In this document: piece after piece, positions 28,049 through 38,161 of the stretch
Position numbering within the stretch: position 1 is the stretch's first letter
Layout of the letters: each line of letters opens with the position of its first letter
Source: Candidatus Eiseniibacteriota bacterium
GTDB taxonomy: Bacteria > Eisenbacteria > RBG-16-71-46
Direction of reading: 5' to 3'
Assembly (NCBI GenBank): GCA_044222065.1
Contig: JBGAOA010000002.1
Location: 83,115 to 147,114, forward strand
DNA length: 64,000 nt
The notes under the pieces: model-generated
Databases searched by the model: none
The model's input: the letters and a program-made list of their open reading frames with translations, nothing else
What the model was told of the DNA's origin: nothing
Made by a program: the position numbers and the translations under genes

Positions 28049-29812
28049 ATGAACCGACCCCTCGCGCTCGCCCTCATCGTCGCGCTCGCCGCGCTCCCGA
28101 CACACCGCACGTCTCAGGCCGCGTGGTCCGCGAACGGCGATCCCGTGTGTTCGGCGCCCCGCGAGCAGGTTCCGTTCGCGGGCGTCTCGACCACCGGCTG
28201 CCTCGTCGGCCCGTGCGCTGCCGGCGCTCTGTTCGCGTGGGTGGACGATCGCGATCCGAACGACGCCGCGGCGGACCTCTACTTCGGCGCGGTGGCCGCG
28301 AGTGGCGTGCTCGACCCACCGCCCGGCGGCACGCCCCTGTGCACGGAATGCGTCCCGCTCGGAACGCCGTCGCTCGCGGAGCTCGAGCCGAGCGGCGGCC
28401 CGCTGCCGTGGGGCGGGTACGTGGTCGCGTGGGCAGACTCGCGCGGAAGCGACGTCGACGTGTACGCGCAGCACGTCGGGCCGGCGTGGGCGACGGACGG
28501 CGTGCCGGTGTGCACCGTCGCGGGCGATGTCCGGGACGTCCGAGTCGTGCGCGGCGGATGGTTCGGGAAGTCGATCGTCGCCTGGATCGACGAGCGCCCG
28601 GGCGCGGCCGGCGTCTACGCGCAGAAGCTCGATGCCGACGGCGGCGGTCTCTGGACGCTCGATGGCCAGCAGGTCGTCGCGACGCCGACGTTCAAGACCC
28701 TGCTCCGCGCCGCGCCCGACGGGGCCGACGGCGTCTACCTGGTGTGGAGCGACTACGGCGCGTTCGGCCTGGAAGTGCGGGCGATCCGCATCGACGGGGA
28801 CGGCGTCACCGTCCCGGGGTGGCCGGCGTCCGGCGTGATTGTTCCCGGCGCGGAGAGCGACGTGTACGGCGTCGCCGCGCTGCCGACCGCGGATGGCGGA
28901 CTGATCGTCGTGTTCGAACGCGGCACGTACGACGCGCAGCGCACGCTGCTCGCCCAGAAGCTCGATGGCTCCGGGCAGCGCTGGAGCGGATGGCCGTCGG
29001 AGGGCGTGCTCGTCTCGCGCACGGGCGGCGCGCGGTTCTTCTCGGACGCGATTCCGTTCCAGGGCGGCGCGGTCGTCGCGTGGGAGGAGTGGTCGGCGTT
29101 CTCCGACGTCTTCCCGCCCCCGCCCTACGATTCGGACCTGCACCTCGCGCGCGTGACCGCCTCGGGAACGATCGCCCCGGGATGGCCCGACAGCGGAAGG
29201 GTCGTGTGCAGCGGAACCGGCGAGCGCGGAGCGCTGCACGTCGTGGAGTCGGGTGGCGCGCTGATGTGTGCGTGGGAGGACGAGCGGGCCGGTCTCGGCC
29301 AGAACGACATCTACGCGACGCGCGTGCTGGCCGACGGCAGCGTGGATGCCGCCTGGCCGGCGAACGGCGCGCCCGTCTGCAGCGCGATCGGAGCTCAGTC
29401 CGAGCCTCGGCTGTTCGCGAGCGCGGGCGGAGCGATCGCGGCGTGGACGGACCGCCGCGCCGGCGACGCCGACGTGTACGCGCGCTTCGTGTCGGCGACG
29501 GGCGCGGTCGGTTCGCCCGCGTCCGCGGCGCCGCGCGCGCTGCGGCTCGGAGCCGCGACCCCGAACCCCGCGCGCGGACCCGTGCGTTTCGCGCTCGAAC
29601 TCGCGCACGCGGCCGACTGCGTGATCGACATCGTGGACCCGGCCGGCCGCCGCATCGCGCGCCTCGCCGCCGCGCGCTTCGAATCGGGAGCTCACGAAGT
29701 GCGGTGGGACGGCCGCTCCGAGGACGGTCGTCCGGCGCGGCCGGGCCTCTACTTTGCGCGCGTACGCACGGGGGAGGGCGCGGCGAGCCGCGCGTTCGTG
29801 CGCCTGCGCTGA
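28049..29812 (+). CDS. Secreted repeat protein with C-terminal FlgD-Ig/T9SS-like domain
   Basis: Signal peptide MNRPLALALIVALAAL..SQA; repeated AWxDxR..DVYAQ..WPxxGxxVC units; tail PNPARG..GRRIARL..HEVRWDGR..PGLYFARV. Confidence 0.85.
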   Translation: MNRPLALALIVALAALPTHRTSQAAWSANGDPVCSAPREQVPFAGVSTTGCLVGPCAAGALFAWVDDRDPNDAAADLYFGAVAASGVLDPPPGGTPLCTECVPLGTPSLAELEPSGGPLPWGGYVVAWADSRGSDVDVYAQHVGPAWATDGVPVCTVAGDVRDVRVVRGGWFGKSIVAWIDERPGAAGVYAQKLDADGGGLWTLDGQQVVATPTFKTLLRAAPDGADGVYLVWSDYGAFGLEVRAIRIDGDGVTVPGWPASGVIVPGAESDVYGVAALPTADGGLIVVFERGTYDAQRTLLAQKLDGSGQRWSGWPSEGVLVSRTGGARFFSDAIPFQGGAVVAWEEWSAFSDVFPPPPYDSDLHLARVTASGTIAPGWPDSGRVVCSGTGERGALHVVESGGALMCAWEDERAGLGQNDIYATRVLADGSVDAAWPANGAPVCSAIGAQSEPRLFASAGGAIAAWTDRRAGDADVYARFVSATGAVGSPASAAPRALRLGAATPNPARGPVRFALELAHAADCVIDIVDPAGRRIARLAAARFESGAHEVRWDGRSEDGRPARPGLYFARVRTGEGAASRAFVRLR

Positions 29813-29854
29813 GCGATTCCCGGCGCCGCGCGCGCTGGGATATGCTGCGCGGCC

Positions 29855-30702
29855 ATGTTCGCCCCCATCCTGCTCCTCGCGGCCGCGACCGCGGCGCCGG
29901 CCTCTCCGGCCACGCTGGACGACGTGCTGCGCGCGTTCCCGGCCGACGCGCTCGTCGAGCCGCTGCGCGCGTTCGAGAGCGAACATCAGGGCGTCGTGGG
30001 TGCCGAAGCCGCCTTTTCGCTCGGGCAGCTGCACTACACGCGCGGCGAGTACCGCGCCGCGGCCGACGCCTTCGGCCGCGCCGCAGCGCGCTTCGAGCCC
30101 GCGCGCAAGCCCGAGGCCCGCTACTGGCTCGGCCTCGCGTATCTCGCGCTCAAGGAGACCGACCGGGCGCGCGGCGTGCTCGACGAAGTCTCGCGCGGCG
30201 GGCCGCGGCGGGCGGAGGCGCTGTTCGCGCTCGCCCACGTGTGGGAAGCCGAGCAGCGTCCGGAGCGCGCGCTCGAAGTGCTGACGCGGCTCACCGGCGA
30301 GCCGCCGAGCGAAGTGACTCCGGCGGCGCTCGAGCGCGTCGTCGCGCTCGCGAGCGGACTCGGCCGCGCGGACGTCGCGAAGCAGGCGCGCGTCCGGCTC
30401 GAGCGCGGTATGCGGGCGCGATCGAGGCGGCGCGCCTCGAGCCGGCGCGACGCGGCCGCCGCGGCGAACGCGCCGGGCGCGGCCCAGGCCGTGCTCGGGC
30501 CGTTCGACGCCGCGCGCGCCCGCGCGCGGCCACGGCGGCGCAACGGATTCCGCGACGCGCGGTCGCCGCCGCCTCGCGCGGCGCCGGCGACGGCTGGCTC
30601 GTGCGCCTCGGCCGCTACCGCGACGTCGCGGGCGCGCGCGAGGCGGGCGAGCGCGCCGCGGCGCTGCTCGGCGTGCCGTACCGCGTCGAGGCGGCGAGAT
30701 GA
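29855..30702 (+). CDS. Exported TPR protein with a probable C-terminal SPOR domain, frameshifted as assembled
   Basis: Signal peptide; TPRs (AEAAFSLGQLHYTRGEYRAAADAF, EARYWLGLAY, EALFALAHVW). SPOR-like WLVRLGRYRDVAGAREAG lies in another frame ending at 30702; indels at about 30405-30560. Confidence 0.7.
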
Positions 30703-33353
30703 GCACGGTGCCGGCCGCGAACAAGGGCGCGTCGCGCGCCGCGGGGCGCACGCCGCTCATGGAGCAGTACCTGCGGATCAAGTCCGAGAACCCGGATGCG
30801 CTGCTGTTCTTCCGGCTCGGCGACTTCTACGAAATGTTCTTCGAGGACGCGGTCGAAGGGGCACGCCTCCTCGGGCTGACGCTCACGTCGCGGAACAAAC
30901 AGGATCCGGAGCCGGTGCCGATGTGCGGCATCCCCTGGCACCAGCGCGACGGATACGTGGGACGGCTGCTGCGACTCGGGCGCAAGGTCGCGATCTGCGA
31001 CCAGCTCGAGGATCCGGCGCAGGCGAAGGGGCTCGTGCAGCGCGGCGTGACCGAGATCCTCACGCCGGGCTCCGTGACGAACGACCAGTTCCTGGAGCCG
31101 GCGGCGAACAACTTCCTCGCCGCGCTGTGGCCCGAGGCCGAGCGGCTCGGCGTGTGCCTCGCCGATGCCTCGACCGGCGAAGTGCGCCTCGCCGAGTGTT
31201 CGTGGGGCGAAGCGCCCGGACTGCTCGCGCGCGCGCGCGTCGCGGAGTGGCTCGTGCCGGTCGCGGCCGACGTGGGCGCCGAGCGCGCCGAGCGGCTCGA
31301 CGCCGCGACGCGCGGGCTCGGTGGCGCGCGCTCGCCGGTGCCGGGCGCCCGCTTCGCGCTCGCCGAACTCGCGAGCGCGCGCTGGGGCGAGCGCGCGTCC
31401 GCGTTCGCCGACCTGCCCGCGGCGCTCGCCGCGGCCGGCGCGGCGCTCGACTACCTCGACCGCATGCAGGGCGGACGCGCGTCGCAGCTCGTGCGCGTCG
31501 AGCGCTGGGGCGAGGAGGAGGCGCTGCGTTACGACGCCGCGACGGCGCGCCATCTCGAGCTGTTCCAGCCGCAGCCGGGCGGCGAGCACGAGCACACGCT
31601 CTGGCACCACGTGAACCTGTCCGTGACGGCGCTCGGCGCGCGGCGGCTCCGCGCCTGGATCGAGCGGCCGCTGTGCGCGCTCGCCACGCTCGCGGATCGT
31701 CACGACGCGGTCGAGCGCTGGCAGCGAGCGGCGGAGCGGCGCGCCGCGTTCCGCGACGCGCTGCGCGGCCTGCCGGACCTCGAGCGGCTCGCGGCGCGCC
31801 TCGCGTGCGCGCGCGCGACGCCGCGCGATCTCGGTGCGCTGCGCGACGCGCTCGGCCGCCTGCCGTCGCTCGGCGCGAGCCTCGCCGAAGCAGGCGTCGG
31901 CGATCCGCGGCTGCTCGATCAGCCGGGGCTCGCGGAACTGCACGCCGATCTCGTCCGGGCGCTCGTGGACGAGCCGCCGCCGGTGTCGAAGGAGGGCGGC
32001 GTGATCCGGGCGGGCTACGACGCGCATCGCGACGAACTCGACGACCTCGCGCACTCGGGCAAGCGCTGGGTCGCGTCGCTCGAGGCCACCGAACGCGAAC
32101 GCACCGGGATCTCGAGCCTCAAGGTCGGGTACAACCGCGTGTTCGGCTACTACCTCGAGGTGACGAAGACGCATCTGGAAAAAGTCCCCGCGGACTGGGA
32201 CCGCCGGCAAACGCTCACGAACGCGGAGCGGTTCGTGACGCCCGCGCTCAAGGTGCGCGAGCAGGAGATCCTGAGCGCCGAGGACAAGCTCGCCGCGCGC
32301 GAGCACGAGCTGTTCGTGCAGCTTCGCGAACGCGCCGCCTCGCGCGCCGCGGAGATCACTCGCGTCGCCGAGACGCTCGGCCGCTGGGACGCCGAGGCTG
32401 CGCTCGCCGAGGCCGCGACGCGCCACGGCTGGGTCCGGCCGCAGATGGAGGACTCCGACCGGCTCGAGCTCGAGGACGCTCGACATCCGGTCGTCGAGCG
32501 GCTGCTGCCGCGCGGCGAGTTCGTGCCGAACGGCGTGCGGCTCGATGGCGCCGCGCGCCAGATCCTGCTGCTCACGGGGCCGAACATGGGCGGCAAGAGC
32601 ACCTACCTGCGCCAGATCGCGCTCGCCGTGCTGCTCGCCCAGTGCGGTTCGTTCGTGCCGGCCGGGCGCGCGCGCATCGGCGTCGTCGACCGGCTCTTCA
32701 CGCGCGTCGGCGCCGCCGACCGGCTCGGCGCCGGGCAAAGCACGTTCATGGTCGAGATGACCGAGACCGCCGACATCCTGCGCTCGGCGACCGCGCGCTC
32801 GCTCGTGCTGCTCGACGAGATCGGCCGCGGGACCGCGACGTACGACGGCCTCGCGCTCGCGTGGGCCGTCACGGAGTTCCTGCACGCCGCGGACGGTCCG
32901 CGGCCGCGCACCGTGTTCGCGACGCACTACCACGAGCTGACGCAGCTGTCGGAGAAGCTGCCGCGGCTCGCAAACGTGCACGTCGCGGTGAAGGAGTGGG
33001 GCGAGGGCGTCGTGTTCCTGCACCGCATCGCCGAGGGCGCCGCGGACCGTTCGTACGGCATCCACGTCGCCCAGCTCGCGGGACTTCCGCCCGCGGTCAT
33101 CGAACGAGCGAAGGTCGTGCTCGAGGAACTCGAGAGCGAGCGGACCGCCGAGAACCTCGAGCGCGTGTCGCGGCGCGGGCGCCGCGCGCCGGACCCGAAC
33201 CAGCTCGGGCTGTTCGGCGCGGCGCCGGTTCCCGCGGAGCATCCGATCGCCGCGGAACTCGAGGCGCTCGATCCGGACGCGCTCACGCCGCTCGAGGCCC
33301 TGCGGCGGCTCGCGGAGTGGAAGCGCCGCTACGGGAGCGGGACGGAGCGCTAG
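30699..33353 (+). CDS. mutS: DNA mismatch repair protein MutS
   Basis: TPLMEQY, FFRLGDFYEMF, TGPNMGGKSTY, QSTFMVEM, LDEIGRGT, FATHYHEL, SYGIHVAQLAGLP. Confidence 0.98.
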   Translation: MSTVPAANKGASRAAGRTPLMEQYLRIKSENPDALLFFRLGDFYEMFFEDAVEGARLLGLTLTSRNKQDPEPVPMCGIPWHQRDGYVGRLLRLGRKVAICDQLEDPAQAKGLVQRGVTEILTPGSVTNDQFLEPAANNFLAALWPEAERLGVCLADASTGEVRLAECSWGEAPGLLARARVAEWLVPVAADVGAERAERLDAATRGLGGARSPVPGARFALAELASARWGERASAFADLPAALAAAGAALDYLDRMQGGRASQLVRVERWGEEEALRYDAATARHLELFQPQPGGEHEHTLWHHVNLSVTALGARRLRAWIERPLCALATLADRHDAVERWQRAAERRAAFRDALRGLPDLERLAARLACARATPRDLGALRDALGRLPSLGASLAEAGVGDPRLLDQPGLAELHADLVRALVDEPPPVSKEGGVIRAGYDAHRDELDDLAHSGKRWVASLEATERERTGISSLKVGYNRVFGYYLEVTKTHLEKVPADWDRRQTLTNAERFVTPALKVREQEILSAEDKLAAREHELFVQLRERAASRAAEITRVAETLGRWDAEAALAEAATRHGWVRPQMEDSDRLELEDARHPVVERLLPRGEFVPNGVRLDGAARQILLLTGPNMGGKSTYLRQIALAVLLAQCGSFVPAGRARIGVVDRLFTRVGAADRLGAGQSTFMVEMTETADILRSATARSLVLLDEIGRGTATYDGLALAWAVTEFLHAADGPRPRTVFATHYHELTQLSEKLPRLANVHVAVKEWGEGVVFLHRIAEGAADRSYGIHVAQLAGLPPAVIERAKVVLEELESERTAENLERVSRRGRRAPDPNQLGLFGAAPVPAEHPIAAELEALDPDALTPLEALRRLAEWKRRYGSGTER

Positions 33354-33994
33354 CGCCGGGCGCGGCGGGCGCCGCGAGGCGCCGAGAGCGCGAGGCTCGC
33401 CGCGCGAGCCGTGCCGCCGCGCGTGGCGCCCGAGGGACGCGAGGCGCCGATCTCGCCCGCGACCGTCGCGAGCGGGATGAGCGCGGTCGCGGCGGCGCGG
33501 TCGGCACGGACATCCGCCTTCGGGGGCGCCGCGGGCTGGTCCTTGCGCCACGCCATCAGCCGGCGGAAGTGCCCGGGGCGTTCGCGCGCGAGCCATGCCT
33601 CGAGTTCCTCGGCGCGGCGGAACGTCGCCCGCGTTTCGGCCACTTCGACGCGGCGCTCGCAGCCGCGCGGGTCGTACTCGCGGCACAGCACCGGGTGACG
33701 TCCGTGGATGTCGCAGCGGCCGGTCGAGTTCAGCTGGCGGCAGCGCGTCCAGACGAGCAGGTACCACGCCTCGGGCGACTCGACGTACATCTCGATGCCG
33801 TCGTGGTGGAGCGCCCAGATCCACTGGTCGTATTCCCACGGGCTGCGCGGCGCGTCGACCTCGATCGAGATGTACGTGCAGCAGCGAACGCAGCCGGCGC
33901 ACAGGTCCGCGTTCTCGGCGGACGAGAGTTCGCGGGCGCCGCGACGGTCTTCGGGCGGCGTCGCCTGCGGTCGGGTATTCCGGGTTCGTGCCAT
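33350..33994 (-). CDS. YkgJ-family cysteine-cluster (zinc/iron-chelating) protein
   Basis: CAGCVRCC ... TRCRQL..GRCDIHGRHPVLCREY..CE; GGAGG SD upstream. Confidence 0.85.
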   Translation of the reverse strand: MARTRNTRPQATPPEDRRGARELSSAENADLCAGCVRCCTYISIEVDAPRSPWEYDQWIWALHHDGIEMYVESPEAWYLLVWTRCRQLNSTGRCDIHGRHPVLCREYDPRGCERRVEVAETRATFRRAEELEAWLARERPGHFRRLMAWRKDQPAAPPKADVRADRAAATALIPLATVAGEIGASRPSGATRGGTARAASLALSAPRGARRARR

Positions 33995-34042
33995 GCGCCT
34001 CCGTTCTTACCAGACGGAGGGTCGCGCGGGGAAGGGGCGGCG

Positions 34043-34390
34043 CTACTTGTCGAACATCTTCGAGGCGCCCTTCCAGATCATGCTGACGACCGCGAGCACG
34101 AGCGAGGCGATCACGAGCGTCGGCACGCCGTGGATCGTGAGCCCGGGGACGAGGAAGTCCACGAGCGCGAGCAGCAGGGCATTCAGGACGACGAGGAACA
34201 GCCCGAGCGTCAGGATCGTGAAGGGCAGCGTGAGCAGGAACAGGATCGGCCCGACGATCGTGTGCACGACGCCGAACGCGAACGCGGCGACGAACGCCGA
34301 GAGCGGCGTCGCGAGCTGGAAGCCCGGCAGGTAGAACGCGATGCCGAGCATCGCCGCCGCCATCACCACGAAGTACAGGAGATGCTTCAT
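34043..34390 (-). CDS. YvlD/DUF360 (4-TM phage-holin-family) membrane protein
   Basis: MKHLLYF..PGFQL..VGPILFLLTLPFTILTLGLFLVVLNALLL..VPGL; ATG overlaps the yitJ stop. Confidence 0.88.
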   Translation of the reverse strand: MKHLLYFVVMAAAMLGIAFYLPGFQLATPLSAFVAAFAFGVVHTIVGPILFLLTLPFTILTLGLFLVVLNALLLALVDFLVPGLTIHGVPTLVIASLVLAVVSMIWKGASKMFDK

Positions 34391-36240
34391 CGCAGGCCCT
34401 CCAGGACGGCGAGACAGTTTTCGTAGCGGCCGAACGATGGCATCAGGTAGACGCCGTTCGCGAGGCCGCGGCACTCGGCCAGCAGCTGGCGCGCGAGTTC
34501 GACGCCGACCTTCTGGCCGTCGTTTCCGGCGTCGTGCATGCGCTGGCGGATCCACGCGGGAACGGTGATGCCCGGAACCTCGTTGTGCAGGAACTCGGCG
34601 TGCCGGAACGACTGGAGCGGCAGGATGCCGATGAGCACCGGCACGGAGGTGATCCCGCCGAGCCGCTCGACGAATCGCTTCCAGCAGTCGAGCTCGTACA
34701 CGGGCTGCGTCATCAGGAACTGGGGTCGCGCCTCGAGCTTCTTCTTCACCCACTCGAACTCGCGGTCGAGGTCGTCGGCCGTGGGGTTCACGCCGCAGCC
34801 GTACGCGAAGTTCGTCGGCGAGCCGATGGACGTGCCGGCCTGGTCCGTGCCGCGGTTCATCTGCTGGACGATGCGCATGAGGCCCGGAGCGTCCGTGTCG
34901 AACACGGCCGTCGCGTTCGGGTAGTCGCCGAGGCTCGGCGGATCGCCGGTCAGGCAGAGCACGTTCCTCAGGCCCAGTGCGTGCGCGCCGAGCAGGTCGC
35001 TCTGCAGGCCCATCAGGTTCCGGTCGCGGCAGGTGACGTGCAGGATGATGTCGAGCGACGGCACCTGAGTGCGGATCTGGTAGGCGAGAGCCGTCGCGCT
35101 CATGCGGATGCGCGCCATCGGCGAGTCCGCGATGTTCACGCAATCCACGCCGCGCTCGGCCATGAGGCGCGCGCCTTCGAGCACCTTCGCCGTGTTGATG
35201 CCGCGCGGCGGGTCGATCTCGACGCTCACGACGAACTTCTCGCGCAGCTTTCGCAGCAGCGCGGGCTCCTCGCCGGGCGCGCTCGGCGGCGCGGTCTCGG
35301 GGGCGCGTTCGAGCACGCGCACCTCGGCGCCGGGCGCGAGCTTCTCGACGGGCAGGTGCGTCGCGAGGCGTTCCCGCATGGCCGCCACGTGCGCCGGGGT
35401 CGTGCCGCAGCAGCCGCCGACGAGGCGCACTCCGAGTTCGGTCGCCCGCGCCGCGAACTCGGCGAAGTACTCGGGGCTCGACAGGTAGACGAAGCGCCCG
35501 CCCGAATACTGCGGCAGCCCGGCGTTCGGCATCGCGGACACCGGCGTGTCGCCGGCGGCGGCGAGGACGTCCTCGAGGATTTCGAGCGTCGGCTGCGGGC
35601 CGACGCCGCAGTTCACACCCACGACGCTCGCGCCCTCGCCGCGCAGCGCGCGCACCGCGAGCGCCGGCGTGTGTCCGTAGAGCGTCTTGCCGTCGAGCCC
35701 GAACGTCATCTGCGCGACGACGGGAAGGTGCAGCGACGCCCGCCGCACGGCGCGCAGCGCGGCCAGGATCTCGTTCAGGTCCTGGAAGGTTTCGAGCAGG
35801 AACAAGTCCACGCCGCCCTCGAGCAGTCCTTCGGCGACGGCGAGGAAGTGGCGTTCGGCATCGAGGATCGAGATCGAGCCGAAGGGTTCGAGCGGCTTTC
35901 CGAGCGGGCCGATCGAGCCCGCGACGAAGGCGGGGACGCCGACGATCTCGCGCGCGGCGCGGGCGATCTTCGCGCCCTGGCGCGCGATGAGGCGCGCCTG
36001 GTCGGGCAGGCCGTGCTCCGCGAGCCGCACCGCGTTCGCGCCGAACGTGTTCGTTTCGATCAGCTCGGCGCCGGCCGTGAGGTAGTCGCGGTGCACGGCC
36101 TCTACGCGGAGCGGCTCGGTCAGGTTCAGCTCGTCGAACGAGCGGTCGTAGGCGACGCCGCGCTCGTTGAGGAGCGTGCCCATCGCACCGTCGGCGAGCA
36201 GCGGTCCGCGCGCGAGGCGTTCGAGGAAGGACGAGGACAT
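34387..36240 (-). CDS. yitJ: Bifunctional homocysteine S-methyltransferase / 5,10-methylenetetrahydrofolate reductase
   Basis: LADGAMGT, ETNTFGAN, GVNC, MPNAGLP, VGGCCGTTPAH, then the MTHFR half VEIDPPRG, NIADSPMARIRMS, CRDRNLMGLQS, FLHNEVPGI. Confidence 0.95.
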   Translation of the reverse strand: MSSSFLERLARGPLLADGAMGTLLNERGVAYDRSFDELNLTEPLRVEAVHRDYLTAGAELIETNTFGANAVRLAEHGLPDQARLIARQGAKIARAAREIVGVPAFVAGSIGPLGKPLEPFGSISILDAERHFLAVAEGLLEGGVDLFLLETFQDLNEILAALRAVRRASLHLPVVAQMTFGLDGKTLYGHTPALAVRALRGEGASVVGVNCGVGPQPTLEILEDVLAAAGDTPVSAMPNAGLPQYSGGRFVYLSSPEYFAEFAARATELGVRLVGGCCGTTPAHVAAMRERLATHLPVEKLAPGAEVRVLERAPETAPPSAPGEEPALLRKLREKFVVSVEIDPPRGINTAKVLEGARLMAERGVDCVNIADSPMARIRMSATALAYQIRTQVPSLDIILHVTCRDRNLMGLQSDLLGAHALGLRNVLCLTGDPPSLGDYPNATAVFDTDAPGLMRIVQQMNRGTDQAGTSIGSPTNFAYGCGVNPTADDLDREFEWVKKKLEARPQFLMTQPVYELDCWKRFVERLGGITSVPVLIGILPLQSFRHAEFLHNEVPGITVPAWIRQRMHDAGNDGQKVGVELARQLLAECRGLANGVYLMPSFGRYENCLAVLEGLR

Positions 36241-36249
36241 GGGCGGCGG

Positions 36250-36342
36250 ACATTAGGCAGTCGGCCCGCACCCGGCAAGCGGAGCGACGCGGGCGCGAAG
36301 CGGGCGGCGGGCGTTGGCCGCGTCCCGACGCTCTGATAGAGT
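36250..36342. promoter_or_regulatory. Divergent sigma70-type promoter pair, both giving leaderless or near-leaderless transcripts
   Basis: Minus strand: TTGCCG (36278-36273) N17 TAATGT (36255-36250) N9 ATG 36240. Plus strand: TTGGCC (36314-36319) N17 TAGAGT (36337-36342) N8 GTG 36351. Confidence 0.55.
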
Positions 36343-36350
36343 CGCGCGCC

Positions 36351-38150
36351 GTGATCCATATCTGTTCGCTCGCGATCGTCCTCGCCGCGCTCGGCGGCCC
36401 TCGCGCCGCCGTTCCGACCCTCGGGCCCGACGACGTGCGCGCGGGCCAGCGCGCCACCGTGCGCACGGTGTTCGCGGGCGACAGCATCGAGACGTTCGAC
36501 GCCGAGATCGTCGGGCTGCTCCGCAGCGGGCGCGTGGACGGCGACCTGATCCTCGCGAAGCCCGTGGACGCGCGCGCGAAGCACGTCGGCGTCGCCGCCG
36601 GCATGAGCGGCTCGCCGGTCTACGTGGACGGCAAGCTGATCGGCGCGCTCGCGTATGGCTGGCCGTTCTCGCGCGACGAGATCTTCGGGATCACGCCGAT
36701 CGGGGAGATGCTGCCGATCCTCGAGTTCCCGGCGTCGCCGGACACGAACGCCTCGGGCCCCGCCGGCGCCGATCCGGGCGCGCCGCGCTCCGGCGCGCGC
36801 TTCGCCGAGTTCCGCTGGGGCGGCGACGATGCGGCGGACGGCGAGGCCGCTCCGCCCGCGGCCGGCCAGCCCGCGCCGCTCGCGGTGCCGCTCGTCGCGA
36901 GCGGATTCGCCCCGTCCGCGCTCGCAAGCCTCGGGCGCGACCTCGCGCCGCTCGGACTCGCGGTGACGCGCGGCGGAGCGACGCGCGGCGGCCCGTCGCC
37001 TGCGGCGCCGCTCGAACCCGGCGCGGCCGTCGCCGTGGACGTGCTCACGGGCGATCTTCGGCTCTCGGCGATCGGAACGCTGACGTATCGGGACGGCGAT
37101 CGCGTGCTGATCTTCGGGCACCCGTTCTTCCAGGCGGGCGACCTGCGGCTGCCGCTGTCGCGCGCCACGATCGCGACGATCCTCGCGAGCGACATGAGTT
37201 CCTTCAAGCTCGGGATGCCGGGCGACCCCGTCGGCGCCGTGACCCAGGACCGGCGCACGGGTGTCGGCGGACGGCTCGGGCTCTCGCCGCGTCTCATGCC
37301 GTTCACCGTGCGCGTGCGCGAGAACGACGGGCCCGAACGCGCGTTCCGCTTCGAGACCGTCGAGGATCGCGCGCTCGCACCGATCCTGATCGCGAACGCC
37401 GTCTCGAATTCGATGCTCGAGGCGGGCGGCACGAACGGCTCGCAGACGGTCGAGTGGGAGGCGACGCTCTACCGCCGCGGCGCCGCGCCGCTGCGGCTCG
37501 CGGACGTCGCGGCGAGCGAGAACTCGTTCGGCGAGTTCGTCGGCGGGATCGTCTCGCCGCTGCGGTTCCTGTACGCGAATCCGTTCGGGCGCTTCGCGCT
37601 CGACAGCCTCGCCGTGCGGGCGCGCGTGCGCTCGGGGCGCGCGGCGTGGACGCTGCGCAGCGCCCGGCTCGACGGCGCCTCGGTCGCGCCCGGCGGCCGG
37701 CTCGGCGTCGTGTGCGAACTCGAATCGTGGCGCGGCGGACGCGAGACGCGGCGGCTCGAACTCGAAGTGCCGCGCGAACTGCCCGACGGACGCTACGTGC
37801 TGTTCGTCGGCGGCGGGCCCGACCTGACGCGCTACGAGGCCTCGCGGCTGCCGTCGCGCTTCCGCCCGACGTCGCTCGACGACGCGTGGGCGCGCTTCGG
37901 CGCGCTGCGCACCCAGAACGCGCTCTACGCCACGCTCGTCGCGCGCGCACCGGAAGTGACGCGCGACGCGCGCGACTACCCCGAACTCCCGCTCTCGGCG
38001 CTGGCGCTGCTCGGCAGCGGGCCGGCCGCGAGCGACGGATCCCGCCGGGGCGACTCGGCACTGCTCTCGGAAACGCGCGCGACGCTCGGCGGCGCGCTGC
38101 GCGGCGGACTGCTGCTGCAGGTGCAAGTCGACGCGCGCACCCCCCAATGA
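36351..38150 (+). CDS. SpoIVB-like peptidase S55 domain protein, exported
   Basis: Signal peptide; TVFAGDSIETFDAEIVG; GVAAGMSGSPVYVDGKLIGALAY; AIGTLTYRDGDRVLIFGHPF; QDRRTGV. Confidence 0.9.
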   Translation: MIHICSLAIVLAALGGPRAAVPTLGPDDVRAGQRATVRTVFAGDSIETFDAEIVGLLRSGRVDGDLILAKPVDARAKHVGVAAGMSGSPVYVDGKLIGALAYGWPFSRDEIFGITPIGEMLPILEFPASPDTNASGPAGADPGAPRSGARFAEFRWGGDDAADGEAAPPAAGQPAPLAVPLVASGFAPSALASLGRDLAPLGLAVTRGGATRGGPSPAAPLEPGAAVAVDVLTGDLRLSAIGTLTYRDGDRVLIFGHPFFQAGDLRLPLSRATIATILASDMSSFKLGMPGDPVGAVTQDRRTGVGGRLGLSPRLMPFTVRVRENDGPERAFRFETVEDRALAPILIANAVSNSMLEAGGTNGSQTVEWEATLYRRGAAPLRLADVAASENSFGEFVGGIVSPLRFLYANPFGRFALDSLAVRARVRSGRAAWTLRSARLDGASVAPGGRLGVVCELESWRGGRETRRLELEVPRELPDGRYVLFVGGGPDLTRYEASRLPSRFRPTSLDDAWARFGALRTQNALYATLVARAPEVTRDARDYPELPLSALALLGSGPAASDGSRRGDSALLSETRATLGGALRGGLLLQVQVDARTPQ

Positions 38151-38161
38151 CCGGAGGTCGA

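Noticed and set aside
27152..30781. 1209-aa minus-strand ORF and many similar long antisense ORFs (e.g. 45631..49074, 30615..33902, 10177..12681)
   Set aside because: They lie antisense to well-supported genes, are expected in very high GC DNA where stops are rare, and carry no recognisable motifs.
34043..34390. Phage-holin-family gene as evidence of a prophage
   Set aside because: YvlD/DUF360 is a common chromosomal membrane protein; no phage genes are nearby and it is coupled to yitJ.
29855..34426. 1523-aa ORF on the + strand
   Set aside because: Only the first 185 aa or so (TPR) are protein-like; the rest is an Arg/Ala-rich off-frame shadow of mutS reached through an indel.
36241..36350. 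SAM (S-box) riboswitch upstream of yitJ
   Set aside because: The 110-nt gap is filled by two divergent promoters, the -10 is 9 nt from the ATG, and no S-box consensus is visible.
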